From Thermoanaerobaculia bacterium (GTDB lineage Bacteria; Acidobacteriota; Thermoanaerobaculia; UBA5066; Gp7-AA6): a stretch of DNA of 64,000 nt. Positions 27,585 to 35,013 of the stretch are shown here, piece after piece. How positions within the stretch are numbered: position 1 is the stretch's first letter; each line of letters opens with the position of its first letter. The stretch is taken from positions 13,520-77,519 of the forward strand of contig DASXAG010000120.1 in the NCBI GenBank assembly GCA_036406835.1, read 5' to 3'. A program made the position numbers and the translations under genes. The notes below the pieces were generated by a model. The model saw only the letters and a list, made by a program, of their open reading frames with translations. It made no database searches and was not told where the DNA came from.

Positions 27585-28580
27585 GTGAAACGCCTCGCTC
27601 GCCGCCTCGTCTCGTTCGGCTCCGCGGCCGGCGCCCTCGGCGGTCTCTACGCCGGCGCCTCCGCGCTCGCGGCGCGCGCGCTCGCGGACCGGCTGCTCTC
27701 CCCTCGCGGGCTCGGTCCGGTACCCGACCGTTACGCGGAGCTCGCCGAGGGTCTCGCGGCCTCGGCCATTGGGGGCGTCGTCGCCGAGTTCCATCATCCC
27801 GGCAGCGTCCGCCTGCCGGTCGAGCTCTCCGCGACCTTCGCGTCGCCCGGCGAGCCGGCCGCGCGGCCCACGATCCTGTTCCTGCACGGCAAGGGAGGGA
27901 ACGCGAGCGAGTGGACGCCCGAAGCCGTGCGCGCGCTGAAGCTCGGATACAACGTGCTGATCCCCGACCTGCGCGGACACGGGCGCAGCGGCGGCGCCTT
28001 CTTCACGCTGGGATACCTCGAGAAGGACGACCTCGGGGAGGCCCTGGAGGCCGTCCACGAGCGCTTCGGCGTCGACGCCGGGCGTCTCGGGATCCACTCG
28101 TGCTCCGCCGGCTCCTCGGTGGCGCTCGAGTTCGCCGCCGACCGCGCCGGCATCCGGGCGATCTGGCTGGAGTCTCCGTTCGCGCGGCCCCGCGAGATGG
28201 CACGCCACTACCTCTCGCGCATCACGCGCGTCCCCGGACCGTTGCTGTCGCTCGCCTCGCGCTGGGCGGTGCAGCGCGCGATCGCCACGGTGGCGCGCGA
28301 GCTCGGCGTCCACGACACGCGCGGCGGGCTCTCGCTGCTCGATCCCGTCCAGGCCGCGGCCCGCGTCACCGCCCCGATCCTCCTCGTCCACGGCGAGGAC
28401 GACGGGCTCGTCCCGCCGCGCTTCCACGCGCGCCTCGCCGCCGCGCTCCCGCCCCGGAGCGCGGTGTGGAACGTGGCCGGCGCGGGCCACTGCCACCACG
28501 CCGACGAGCCCGCCGCCGTGTCGCGCCAGGCCTACGCGCGCCGGTGGGAGGAGTTCTTCAGGACTTACCTGCCGAGTTGA
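27585..28580 (+). CDS. alpha/beta hydrolase
   Basis: ILFLHGKGGN, nucleophile elbow IHSCSAGS, LLVHGEDDGLVP, GAGHCHH. GTG start. Confidence 0.85.
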   Translation: MKRLARRLVSFGSAAGALGGLYAGASALAARALADRLLSPRGLGPVPDRYAELAEGLAASAIGGVVAEFHHPGSVRLPVELSATFASPGEPAARPTILFLHGKGGNASEWTPEAVRALKLGYNVLIPDLRGHGRSGGAFFTLGYLEKDDLGEALEAVHERFGVDAGRLGIHSCSAGSSVALEFAADRAGIRAIWLESPFARPREMARHYLSRITRVPGPLLSLASRWAVQRAIATVARELGVHDTRGGLSLLDPVQAAARVTAPILLVHGEDDGLVPPRFHARLAAALPPRSAVWNVAGAGHCHHADEPAAVSRQAYARRWEEFFRTYLPS

Positions 28581-28583
28581 TTC

Positions 28584-29738
28584 TCAGGGCCGCGTTCCGC
28601 GCGGCCACATTCGCGCGCGGCGCGGATCCTGGAGCCGGCCCTTCAGCTGCCCGCACGCCGCGCTCGCGTCGGGCCCGCGGCTGCGCCGCACCGTCACGGG
28701 CCAGCGCGCGTCGACCAGCGTCTTCACGAAGCGGTCGATGACCGCCTCCGAGGGCCTCTTCCATTCCGGCAGGTAGGTCGGGTCCTCGTTCAGCGGAATC
28801 ACGTTGACCTTGGCCTCGATGCCGCGCAGCAGGCGCGCGAGGCGCGAGGCGTCGTCCGGGGAATCGTTGACGCCCGCGATCAACACGTATTCGACGAGGA
28901 TGCGCCGCCGCGGCTCCAGCGGCCACGCCCGCATCGCTGCGATCAGTCCGGGCAGCGGGTAGGTGCGCGTGATCGGCATCAACCGCGTCCGCGTCGCCTC
29001 GTCCGCGGCGTTCAGCGAGACCGCGAGGTTCGGGCGGCGCGGCAGCGCGGCGAGCCGCGCGAGCGCCGGCGTGATGCCCGACGTCGACACCGTCACGCGC
29101 CGCGGCGGGAGCGTCTCGAAGAGAATCTCGAGCGCGAGCACGACGCCGTCCGGGTTCAGGAGCGGCTCGCCCATCCCCATGAAGACCACGCGCAGCCCCT
29201 CGTGCGAGCGGCCCGCGTCGGCGAGGACGGCGTAGAGCTGGCCCAGGATCTCTCCCGCCGTGAGGTTCCGGCCGCCGCCGAGCCGTCCCGTGACGCAGAA
29301 GGCGCAGTCCACCGCGCAACCGGTCTGGGAGGAGAGGCAGACGGTGAATTTCTCGGCGGCCGGCGTCGACCCGGCCTCCCGCCGGCCGCCTTCCGCCTCT
29401 CGTCCCGCCGCGCGCGCGTCCGTGAACTCGTTGGCGAGCGACGTGCGCGCGTCGCCCGGCATGTACACGGCCTCGATCAGCGCGCCGTCGGCGAGGCGAA
29501 GGCCGAACTTGACGCTCCCGTCCGCGGCGCGATCCCGGCGCACGATCTCGGGCCGGCGCGGCGGGAGCTCGGCCGCGAGACGGTCGCGCAGGGCCGCGGG
29601 CAGCTCGCGCGCGTCGGCGTAGTCCGGAGAGAGGAGGCGGTGGATTCGGTCGAAGATCTGCCGGCCGCGGTAGCGCGGGAGGCCGTGAGCGACCGCCCAT
29701 GTCTCGAGGTCAAGGAGCGTCGACCCCAGGGGATCCAT
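28584..29738 (-). CDS. rlmN: 23S rRNA/tRNA adenine-C2 methyltransferase RlmN (radical SAM)
   Basis: CLSSQTGCAVDCAFCVTG, GMGEPLLN, and the C-terminal ...SAACGQL catalytic Cys context. Contains a roughly 30-aa low-complexity insert before the cluster motif. Confidence 0.9.
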   Translation of the reverse strand: MDPLGSTLLDLETWAVAHGLPRYRGRQIFDRIHRLLSPDYADARELPAALRDRLAAELPPRRPEIVRRDRAADGSVKFGLRLADGALIEAVYMPGDARTSLANEFTDARAAGREAEGGRREAGSTPAAEKFTVCLSSQTGCAVDCAFCVTGRLGGGRNLTAGEILGQLYAVLADAGRSHEGLRVVFMGMGEPLLNPDGVVLALEILFETLPPRRVTVSTSGITPALARLAALPRRPNLAVSLNAADEATRTRLMPITRTYPLPGLIAAMRAWPLEPRRRILVEYVLIAGVNDSPDDASRLARLLRGIEAKVNVIPLNEDPTYLPEWKRPSEAVIDRFVKTLVDARWPVTVRRSRGPDASAACGQLKGRLQDPRRARMWPRGTRP

Positions 29739-29751
29739 GGGGGCAGTCTAG

Positions 29752-29814
29752 TTTTGATTTTGGATTTTGGGTTTTGGACTTCCGGCTACCGGCTACCGGC
29801 CGCCGACCACCGAC
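29752..29814. repeat. two-part heptad array: 4 x TTTTGrn, then 5 x nnCCGrC
   Basis: TTTTG at 29752, 29758, 29765, 29772. CCGGC or CCGAC at 29782, 29789, 29796, 29803, 29810. No inverted symmetry. Spans the stop of the upstream gene and lies just 5' of the rlmN start. Confidence 0.6.
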
Positions 29815-30170
29815 TTCTTCCGCGTGGCCGCGGCGCGGCGCTTGCGCACCTTGCGGGTCGGATCGATCCCGACGGACCGCAGGAAGCGCAGGTCCTTCAG
29901 GTTGATCCGGAAGGCCGCGCGCTCCTCGGACGACGGGGCGTCCTCGGCCTCCACGGGCTCGATCTCCTTCGCCGTTCCGCGGCGGGCCCGCGTCACGCGC
30001 ACCTCGCGCCGGTTCACGCCGACCTTGGCGTCGAGAACCATGTAGAGGTTGTAGCCCTCGTCGCGGATGCGCTGGATGGAGTCGTGCACGCGGCCCGATC
30101 CCGAGATCGACTCGTTGATCGCTTGCCCGAGCTCCTTCAGCATCTCGCGGAGGTGATCGGAGAGTTCCAT
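29793..30170 (-). CDS. hypothetical protein with a basic C-terminal tail
   Basis: 125-aa ORF with ordinary N-terminal composition (MELSDHLREMLKELGQAINESI...) and a Lys/Arg-rich tail. No family recognised. Confidence 0.55.
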   Translation of the reverse strand: MELSDHLREMLKELGQAINESISGSGRVHDSIQRIRDEGYNLYMVLDAKVGVNRREVRVTRARRGTAKEIEPVEAEDAPSSEERAAFRINLKDLRFLRSVGIDPTRKVRKRRAAATRKKSVVGGR

Positions 30171-30235
30171 ATGTCCCGCGGCGATTATCGCTTCCGCCTC
30201 GCGCCCGAATCAAGGAACTTTCCCGGCGGAAAAAA

Positions 30236-30244
30236 TGCTATCCT
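30236..30244 (+). promoter_or_regulatory. candidate extended -10 (TGcTATCCT) upstream of the thrC-like gene
   Basis: tgctatcct at 30236-30244. The leader would be 45-90 nt depending on the start used. Confidence 0.3.
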
Positions 30245-30339
30245 GTCGCCGTCACTCGCAAGGCCTCATGCCGGGCGGCGGCGCTCCGTGATCGGTGTTC
30301 GAGTGCCCCGCGTTGTCGAATCCTGATACCGTCTCGGCG

Positions 30340-31497
30340 ATGTTCTCCTCCTTCGCGCGCCTGACGTGCACGCGGTGTGCGGCCTCGTATGCGCGCGATC
30401 GCCACAGAAAGTTCGGCGTGTGCCCCGCCTCCGGTTGCGGCGGCGCACTCTTCGCGCGCTACGAGCCCGGGCGGATCGAGCGCGACGCCGCGGCGGATCG
30501 TCCGCGCTCGATCTGGAAGTGGCACGAGATGATGCCGGTCGAGGATCCCGAGAACATCGTCTCGCTGGGGGAAGGCGGGACGCCGCTCCTGCGCGCGAGC
30601 CGCCTCGGCGCGCCGCACGGCTTCGCGAACCTGTGGATCAAGGACGAATCCGGAAACCCGACCGGCTCCTTCAAGGCGCGCGGGCTGTCCGCCGCGATCT
30701 CCAAGGCGAAGGAGCTCGGCGTCACGAAGGTCGCGCTTCCGACCGCCGGGAACGCGGGTGGCGCCGCCGCCGCGTACGCCGCGCGCGCGGGAATGGAGTG
30801 CCACGTCGCGATGCCCGAGGACACCCCGCGCGTCTTCCGCATCGAGTGCGAGCGCTACGGCGCCCGGGTCACGCTGCTCCCCGGCCTGATCGACGACTGC
30901 GGGCGGTTCATCGCGGAGCGGGCGGCGCGGGAGGGGTGGCACGACGTCTCGACGCTCAAGGAGCCCTACCGGGTGGAGGGCAAGAAGACGATGGGCTACG
31001 AGCTCGCCGAGGACTTCGGCTGGGACCTTCCCGACGCGGTGCTCTACCCGACCGGGGGCGGGACGGGCCTGATCGGCATGTGGAAGGCGTTCGCCGAGAT
31101 GGAGGCGCTGGGCTGGATCGGCCCGAAGCGGCCGCGGATGATCGCGGTCCAGGCGGAGGGCTGCGCGCCGATCCCGAAGGCGTTCGCGGAGGGGAAGGAC
31201 GCCTCCGAGAAGTTCGCGAACGCGCACACCTACGCCTCCGGCCTGCGCGTCCCGAAGGCCTTCGCCGACTACCTCATCCTGCGGGACGTGCGCGAGTCCG
31301 GCGGGACCGCGGTCGCGGTCTCCGACGACGCGATGCGGCGGGCCTGCGACGAGCTCGGCGCCGCCGAGGGCCTCTTCGCCTCGCCCGAGGGAGGCGCCGT
31401 GTGGGCGGCGGCGAAGGAGCTCGCGGACGCCGGCATCCTGGACCGCGGCGGCCGCGTCGTCCTCTTCAACACGGGATCGGGCTTCAAGTACGTCTGA
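30340..31497 (+). CDS. thrC: threonine synthase-family PLP enzyme
   Basis: N-terminal Cys-rich LTCTRC...CPASGC, PLP lysine context NPTGSFKARG, PTAGNAGGA, TGGGTG. Alternative GTG start at 30295. Confidence 0.85.
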   Translation: MFSSFARLTCTRCAASYARDRHRKFGVCPASGCGGALFARYEPGRIERDAAADRPRSIWKWHEMMPVEDPENIVSLGEGGTPLLRASRLGAPHGFANLWIKDESGNPTGSFKARGLSAAISKAKELGVTKVALPTAGNAGGAAAAYAARAGMECHVAMPEDTPRVFRIECERYGARVTLLPGLIDDCGRFIAERAAREGWHDVSTLKEPYRVEGKKTMGYELAEDFGWDLPDAVLYPTGGGTGLIGMWKAFAEMEALGWIGPKRPRMIAVQAEGCAPIPKAFAEGKDASEKFANAHTYASGLRVPKAFADYLILRDVRESGGTAVAVSDDAMRRACDELGAAEGLFASPEGGAVWAAAKELADAGILDRGGRVVLFNTGSGFKYV

Positions 31498-31508
31498 GCC
31501 GGCTCCGG

Positions 31509-31514
31509 TAGAAT
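31509..31514 (+). promoter_or_regulatory. candidate -10 box TAGAAT, 10 nt upstream of ATG 31525
   Basis: cggtagaatcccc at 31506-31518. Apart from its first base, the same string recurs at 59103-59114. Confidence 0.4.
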
Positions 31515-31524
31515 CCCCGGTTCC

Positions 31525-34116
31525 ATGAGATACGCCTCGCTGCGCCCGCGACTCGACCCGCTCCTCCCCACGGTGGAGAAGCCCGGCCGCTACGTGGGCC
31601 TCGAGCGCAACCTGACGCGCAAGGACCTCTCCCGCGCGCGCGTGACGCTGGCGCTGGCCTTCCCCGACACCTACGAGATCGGGATGAGCCACACCGGCCT
31701 CAAGATCCTCTACGAGCTCGTCAACCGCCGGGAGGACTTCGCCTGCGAGCGCGTCTACGCGCCGTGGGTGGACCTCGAGGCGAAGATGCGCGCGGCCGGC
31801 ATCCCGCTCTTTGCGACGGAGTCCTTCGCTCCGGTTGCCGACTTCGACGTGCTCGGGTTCTCGCTCCAGGCGGAGCTCAACTACTCGAACATCGTCAACA
31901 TGCTGGACCTGGCGGGACTGCCGGTCTGGCAGCGCGATCGCCGCGAGAGCGACCCGATCGTCCTCGGCGGCGGGCCCTGCACCGCCAACCCCGAGCCGAT
32001 CGCCGACTTCTTCGATGCGTTCCTGATCGGCGACGCGGAAGAGGCGCTGCTCGCGTTCCTCGACGCGTACGCGGCCGCGCGCGCGGAGGCCCTTCCGCGC
32101 CGCGAGATCCTGCGCCGCCTCGCGGCGATCGAGGGCGTCTACGTGCCGTCGTTCTACGACGTCGCGTACCGCGAGGACGGCCGCATCGCCTCGATCGCGC
32201 GCAACGACGACCGCGTCCCCGAGCGGGCGAGGCGCACGTGGGTGCCGGCGCTGAAGCCGGAGTACTACCCCGAGCGGCCGGTCGTTCCGTCGGTCGAGAT
32301 CGTGCAGGACCGGCTCGGGCTCGAGGTCATGCGCGGCTGCACGCAGGGCTGCCGCTTCTGCCAGGCCGGCTACTGGTACCGCCCGGTGCGCGAGCTCGAC
32401 CCGGACGCGGTCGCGGCGATGACGCAGAAGTTCATCGCCGATTCCGGCTGGAGCGAGGTCGGCCTCCTCTCGCTCTCGACGGCCGACTATTCCCAGATCG
32501 AGCCGCTCGTGAAGTGCCTCGCGCCGAAGCTCGCGGACCGCCGGGTCTCGATCTCTCTGCCCTCGCTGCGCGCCGAGGCGTTCTCGGTGGGCCTGGCGGA
32601 CGCCGTCTCGGAGGTCCGCAAGTCGGGCTTCACGTTCGCGCCGGAAACGGGCTCGGACCGGCTGCGCCGCGTCATCAACAAGACCTTCACCAACGCCGAC
32701 ATGATCCAGGCGGCCGACGTCGCCTTCGCGCGCGGCTGGGACCTCATCAAGGTCTACACGATGATCGGGCTGCCGACCGAGACGCCGTCCGACCTGGACG
32801 AGCTCGTCACGCTGGTCGAGGGCATCCTGGCGCAGGGCCGCAAGCACGGGCGCAAGAACGTCAACGTGTCGGTGGGCTCCTTCGTGCCCAAGTCCTGGAC
32901 GCCGTTTCAGTGGGCGCCCTTCGACGGCGAGGACATCCTCGAGCGCAAGCTCGCATACCTGAAGGACCGCTTCCGCCGGATCCGCGGCGCGAAGATGAAG
33001 TGGCACGAGCCCCGGGAAGCCGAGATCGAGTGCGTGCTCTCGCGCGGCGACCGCCGCGTGGCGCGCGTCCTGCACACGGCCTGGAAGTCGGGCGTGCGGT
33101 TCGACGGATGGAGCGAGCACTTCCGCCACGACCTGTGGATGGACGCGTTCCGCGCGGAGGGAATCCCGAAGGAGAGCTACCTGCGGGAGTACGCGCTCGA
33201 CGAGATCCTGCCCTGGGACGTGCTGGACGTCTCGATCACGAAGCGCTGGCTCCAGATCGAGCTGATCAAGGCGAAGAAGGAGATGCGGACCGAGGACTGC
33301 AAGTGGGGCCACTGCTACGCGTGCGGCGTGCCGGGTAACGGGGAGGACACGGTGCTGGCAAGCCCGATGCGGGCGGGGGCAAGCCCCGCCCCTACGACCG
33401 GGGGGACTCCTCTTCCTGCGGCCTACACGGATCCGGCGAAGGGCGCCGCGTATCGCCAGAAGGCCATGCCCGACCTGCCTTCCGCCTCGCGGCTCGCGTC
33501 CCAGGGAAGCCAGGTCTTCCGTCACCGCATCACCTTCTCGAAGACGGGCGACGCGCGCTTCCTCTCGCACCGCAACACGATGGACGTGCTCGAGCGGGCG
33601 ATCCGCGCGGCGGGCCTGCCGGCGCGCTACTCCGAGGGCTTCAACCCGCACATGCGGCTCTCGATGGGTCCCGCGCTCGCCCTGGGCGTCGAGAGCCGGC
33701 ACGAGGTGTTCGACGTCGACGGCAACGCGCCGTTCCCGCAGGACGCCGCGCGGCGGATCGCGGACAAGCTGCCGGAGGGCCTCGCGATCCTCGAAGTGCG
33801 CGCGCTCGCCGCGGGAGAAGCCTCGCTGGCGAAGGCGGTCAAGGGGGCGCGCTACAGCGTGCGGCTCGCGACCGAGGAGCAGATCGCGCGGGCCGGGGAC
33901 GCCCTCGCCAGCGGATGGCATGCCGCGATGCCCGCGGTCCGCGCGTTCGCCCTGGACGCCGACCGCGAGGGAACCCGGGTGCGCTTCGAAGTGAACCTCG
34001 ACCAGTCCGCCGGCGAGACCTCGACGCCCAGGAAGGTCCTCGAGACCCTCCTCGCCATCCCGCCCGCGGAGCAGCTGTCGATGGCCATAACGCGGGAGGC
34101 GACGGTCCTCGGCTGA
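31525..34116 (+). CDS. B12-binding-domain radical SAM protein (TIGR03960-like) fused to a DUF2344/TIGR03936-like C-terminal domain
   Basis: N-terminal VEKPGRYVGLERN, radical SAM MRGCTQGCRFCQAG, C-terminal FRHRITFSKTGDARFLSHRNTMDVLERA. Confidence 0.9.
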   Translation: MRYASLRPRLDPLLPTVEKPGRYVGLERNLTRKDLSRARVTLALAFPDTYEIGMSHTGLKILYELVNRREDFACERVYAPWVDLEAKMRAAGIPLFATESFAPVADFDVLGFSLQAELNYSNIVNMLDLAGLPVWQRDRRESDPIVLGGGPCTANPEPIADFFDAFLIGDAEEALLAFLDAYAAARAEALPRREILRRLAAIEGVYVPSFYDVAYREDGRIASIARNDDRVPERARRTWVPALKPEYYPERPVVPSVEIVQDRLGLEVMRGCTQGCRFCQAGYWYRPVRELDPDAVAAMTQKFIADSGWSEVGLLSLSTADYSQIEPLVKCLAPKLADRRVSISLPSLRAEAFSVGLADAVSEVRKSGFTFAPETGSDRLRRVINKTFTNADMIQAADVAFARGWDLIKVYTMIGLPTETPSDLDELVTLVEGILAQGRKHGRKNVNVSVGSFVPKSWTPFQWAPFDGEDILERKLAYLKDRFRRIRGAKMKWHEPREAEIECVLSRGDRRVARVLHTAWKSGVRFDGWSEHFRHDLWMDAFRAEGIPKESYLREYALDEILPWDVLDVSITKRWLQIELIKAKKEMRTEDCKWGHCYACGVPGNGEDTVLASPMRAGASPAPTTGGTPLPAAYTDPAKGAAYRQKAMPDLPSASRLASQGSQVFRHRITFSKTGDARFLSHRNTMDVLERAIRAAGLPARYSEGFNPHMRLSMGPALALGVESRHEVFDVDGNAPFPQDAARRIADKLPEGLAILEVRALAAGEASLAKAVKGARYSVRLATEEQIARAGDALASGWHAAMPAVRAFALDADREGTRVRFEVNLDQSAGETSTPRKVLETLLAIPPAEQLSMAITREATVLG

Positions 34117-34150
34117 CAGCTGTGAGCTGTGAGCCGTGAGCTGTGACCTG
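34117..34150 (+). repeat. direct heptad array 4 x (GCTGTGA-like) between the radical SAM stop and the queD start
   Basis: TGA at 34123, 34130, 34137, 34144 (7-nt phasing, all three frames). No inverted partner. Confidence 0.7.
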
Positions 34151-34519
34151 ATGTACCGCGTCACCGTGACCGTTCGCTTCGAGGCGGCGCACAACCTGAT
34201 CGACTACGAGGGCGGGCCCGAGCCGCTGCACGGCCACTCCTACCGCGTCGACGCCGTGCTCGAGTCCGAGAAGCTGCAGCGCTATGACGTCGCCGTCGAC
34301 TTCGTCCCGGCGCGCACCGCCCTCGAGACGATCGCGAAGGAGCTCGACTACTCGTACATCAACCAGCATCCGGCGTTCGCCGGCAGGAACACCTCCGCCG
34401 AAAACCTCGCGCGGTTCTTCGCGGAACGCCTCGAGTCCTCCGGGGCGCTGGGATGGTCCCGCGTTTCGGAGGTGACCGTCTGGGAAGGCCCCGAGAACCG
34501 CGCGACCTACCGGCCGTGA
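34151..34519 (+). CDS. queD: 6-carboxy-5,6,7,8-tetrahydropterin synthase
   Basis: MYRVTVTVRFEAAHNL..., LHGHSYRV. ATG 34151 is preferred over the track start 34136, which lies inside the heptad array. Confidence 0.9.
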   Translation: MYRVTVTVRFEAAHNLIDYEGGPEPLHGHSYRVDAVLESEKLQRYDVAVDFVPARTALETIAKELDYSYINQHPAFAGRNTSAENLARFFAERLESSGALGWSRVSEVTVWEGPENRATYRP

Positions 34520-34533
34520 GCTCCGTCGGAGGC

Positions 34534-34977
34534 ATGGACGTTCGTGAGCTCACGAGCGACGCCGAGATCACGGCCGCGTTCCCGCTCATGCACGAGCTGC
34601 GGCAGCGCCTCCGGCCGGAGACCTTCCTCGACGAGCTGCGGCGGCAGCAGGCCGAGGGCTATCACCTCTACGGCCTCTTCGTGGACGGCACGCTCGTCAG
34701 CCTCGCCGGCGTCCGTCGCGCGCACACGCTGGCGCGCGGCGAGCACCTCTTCGTGGACGACCTCGTGACCGCGAAGGGTTACCAGCGCAACGGATTCGGC
34801 CGCGAGCTCCTCCGTGAGCTCGCGCGCGGCGCCTTGCTGCAGGGAATCCCGCGCATCTACCTCGACAGCCGCGCCACGGCGACGGGCTTCTACGAGAGGG
34901 TCGGCTTCACCCTGCACACCTCGATCCCCTGCTGGATCGAGGTCGAGAAGCTCTCCGGCACGATCCCGCAGCCCTGA
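34534..34977 (+). CDS. GNAT-family N-acetyltransferase
   Basis: LFVDDLVTAKGYQRNGFGRELL acetyl-CoA binding motif. SD ggagg. Confidence 0.85.
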   Translation: MDVRELTSDAEITAAFPLMHELRQRLRPETFLDELRRQQAEGYHLYGLFVDGTLVSLAGVRRAHTLARGEHLFVDDLVTAKGYQRNGFGRELLRELARGALLQGIPRIYLDSRATATGFYERVGFTLHTSIPCWIEVEKLSGTIPQP

Positions 34978-34991
34978 CGGCCCCACCGGCG

Positions 34992-34997
34992 TATAAT
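34992..34997 (+). promoter_or_regulatory. consensus -10 box TATAAT, 16 nt upstream of ATG 35014
   Basis: gtataatcg at 34991-34999. No SD before the ATG. Confidence 0.35.
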
Positions 34998-35013
34998 CGT
35001 CGGCACCACGACA

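Noticed and set aside
34136-34150. ATG at 34136 as the queD start (track ORF 34136-34519).
   Set aside because: It lies inside the heptad array and would add MSCDL before the conserved MYRVTV...FEAAHNL N-terminus. ATG 34151 matches the family start.
30238-34194. 1318-aa ORF on the minus strand.
   Set aside because: It is antisense to the thrC-like and radical SAM genes. Its translation is dominated by Arg/Gly/Ala/Pro/Asp with no recognisable motifs, whereas the plus-strand genes have clear family signatures. This is a typical stop-poor antisense frame in GC-rich DNA.
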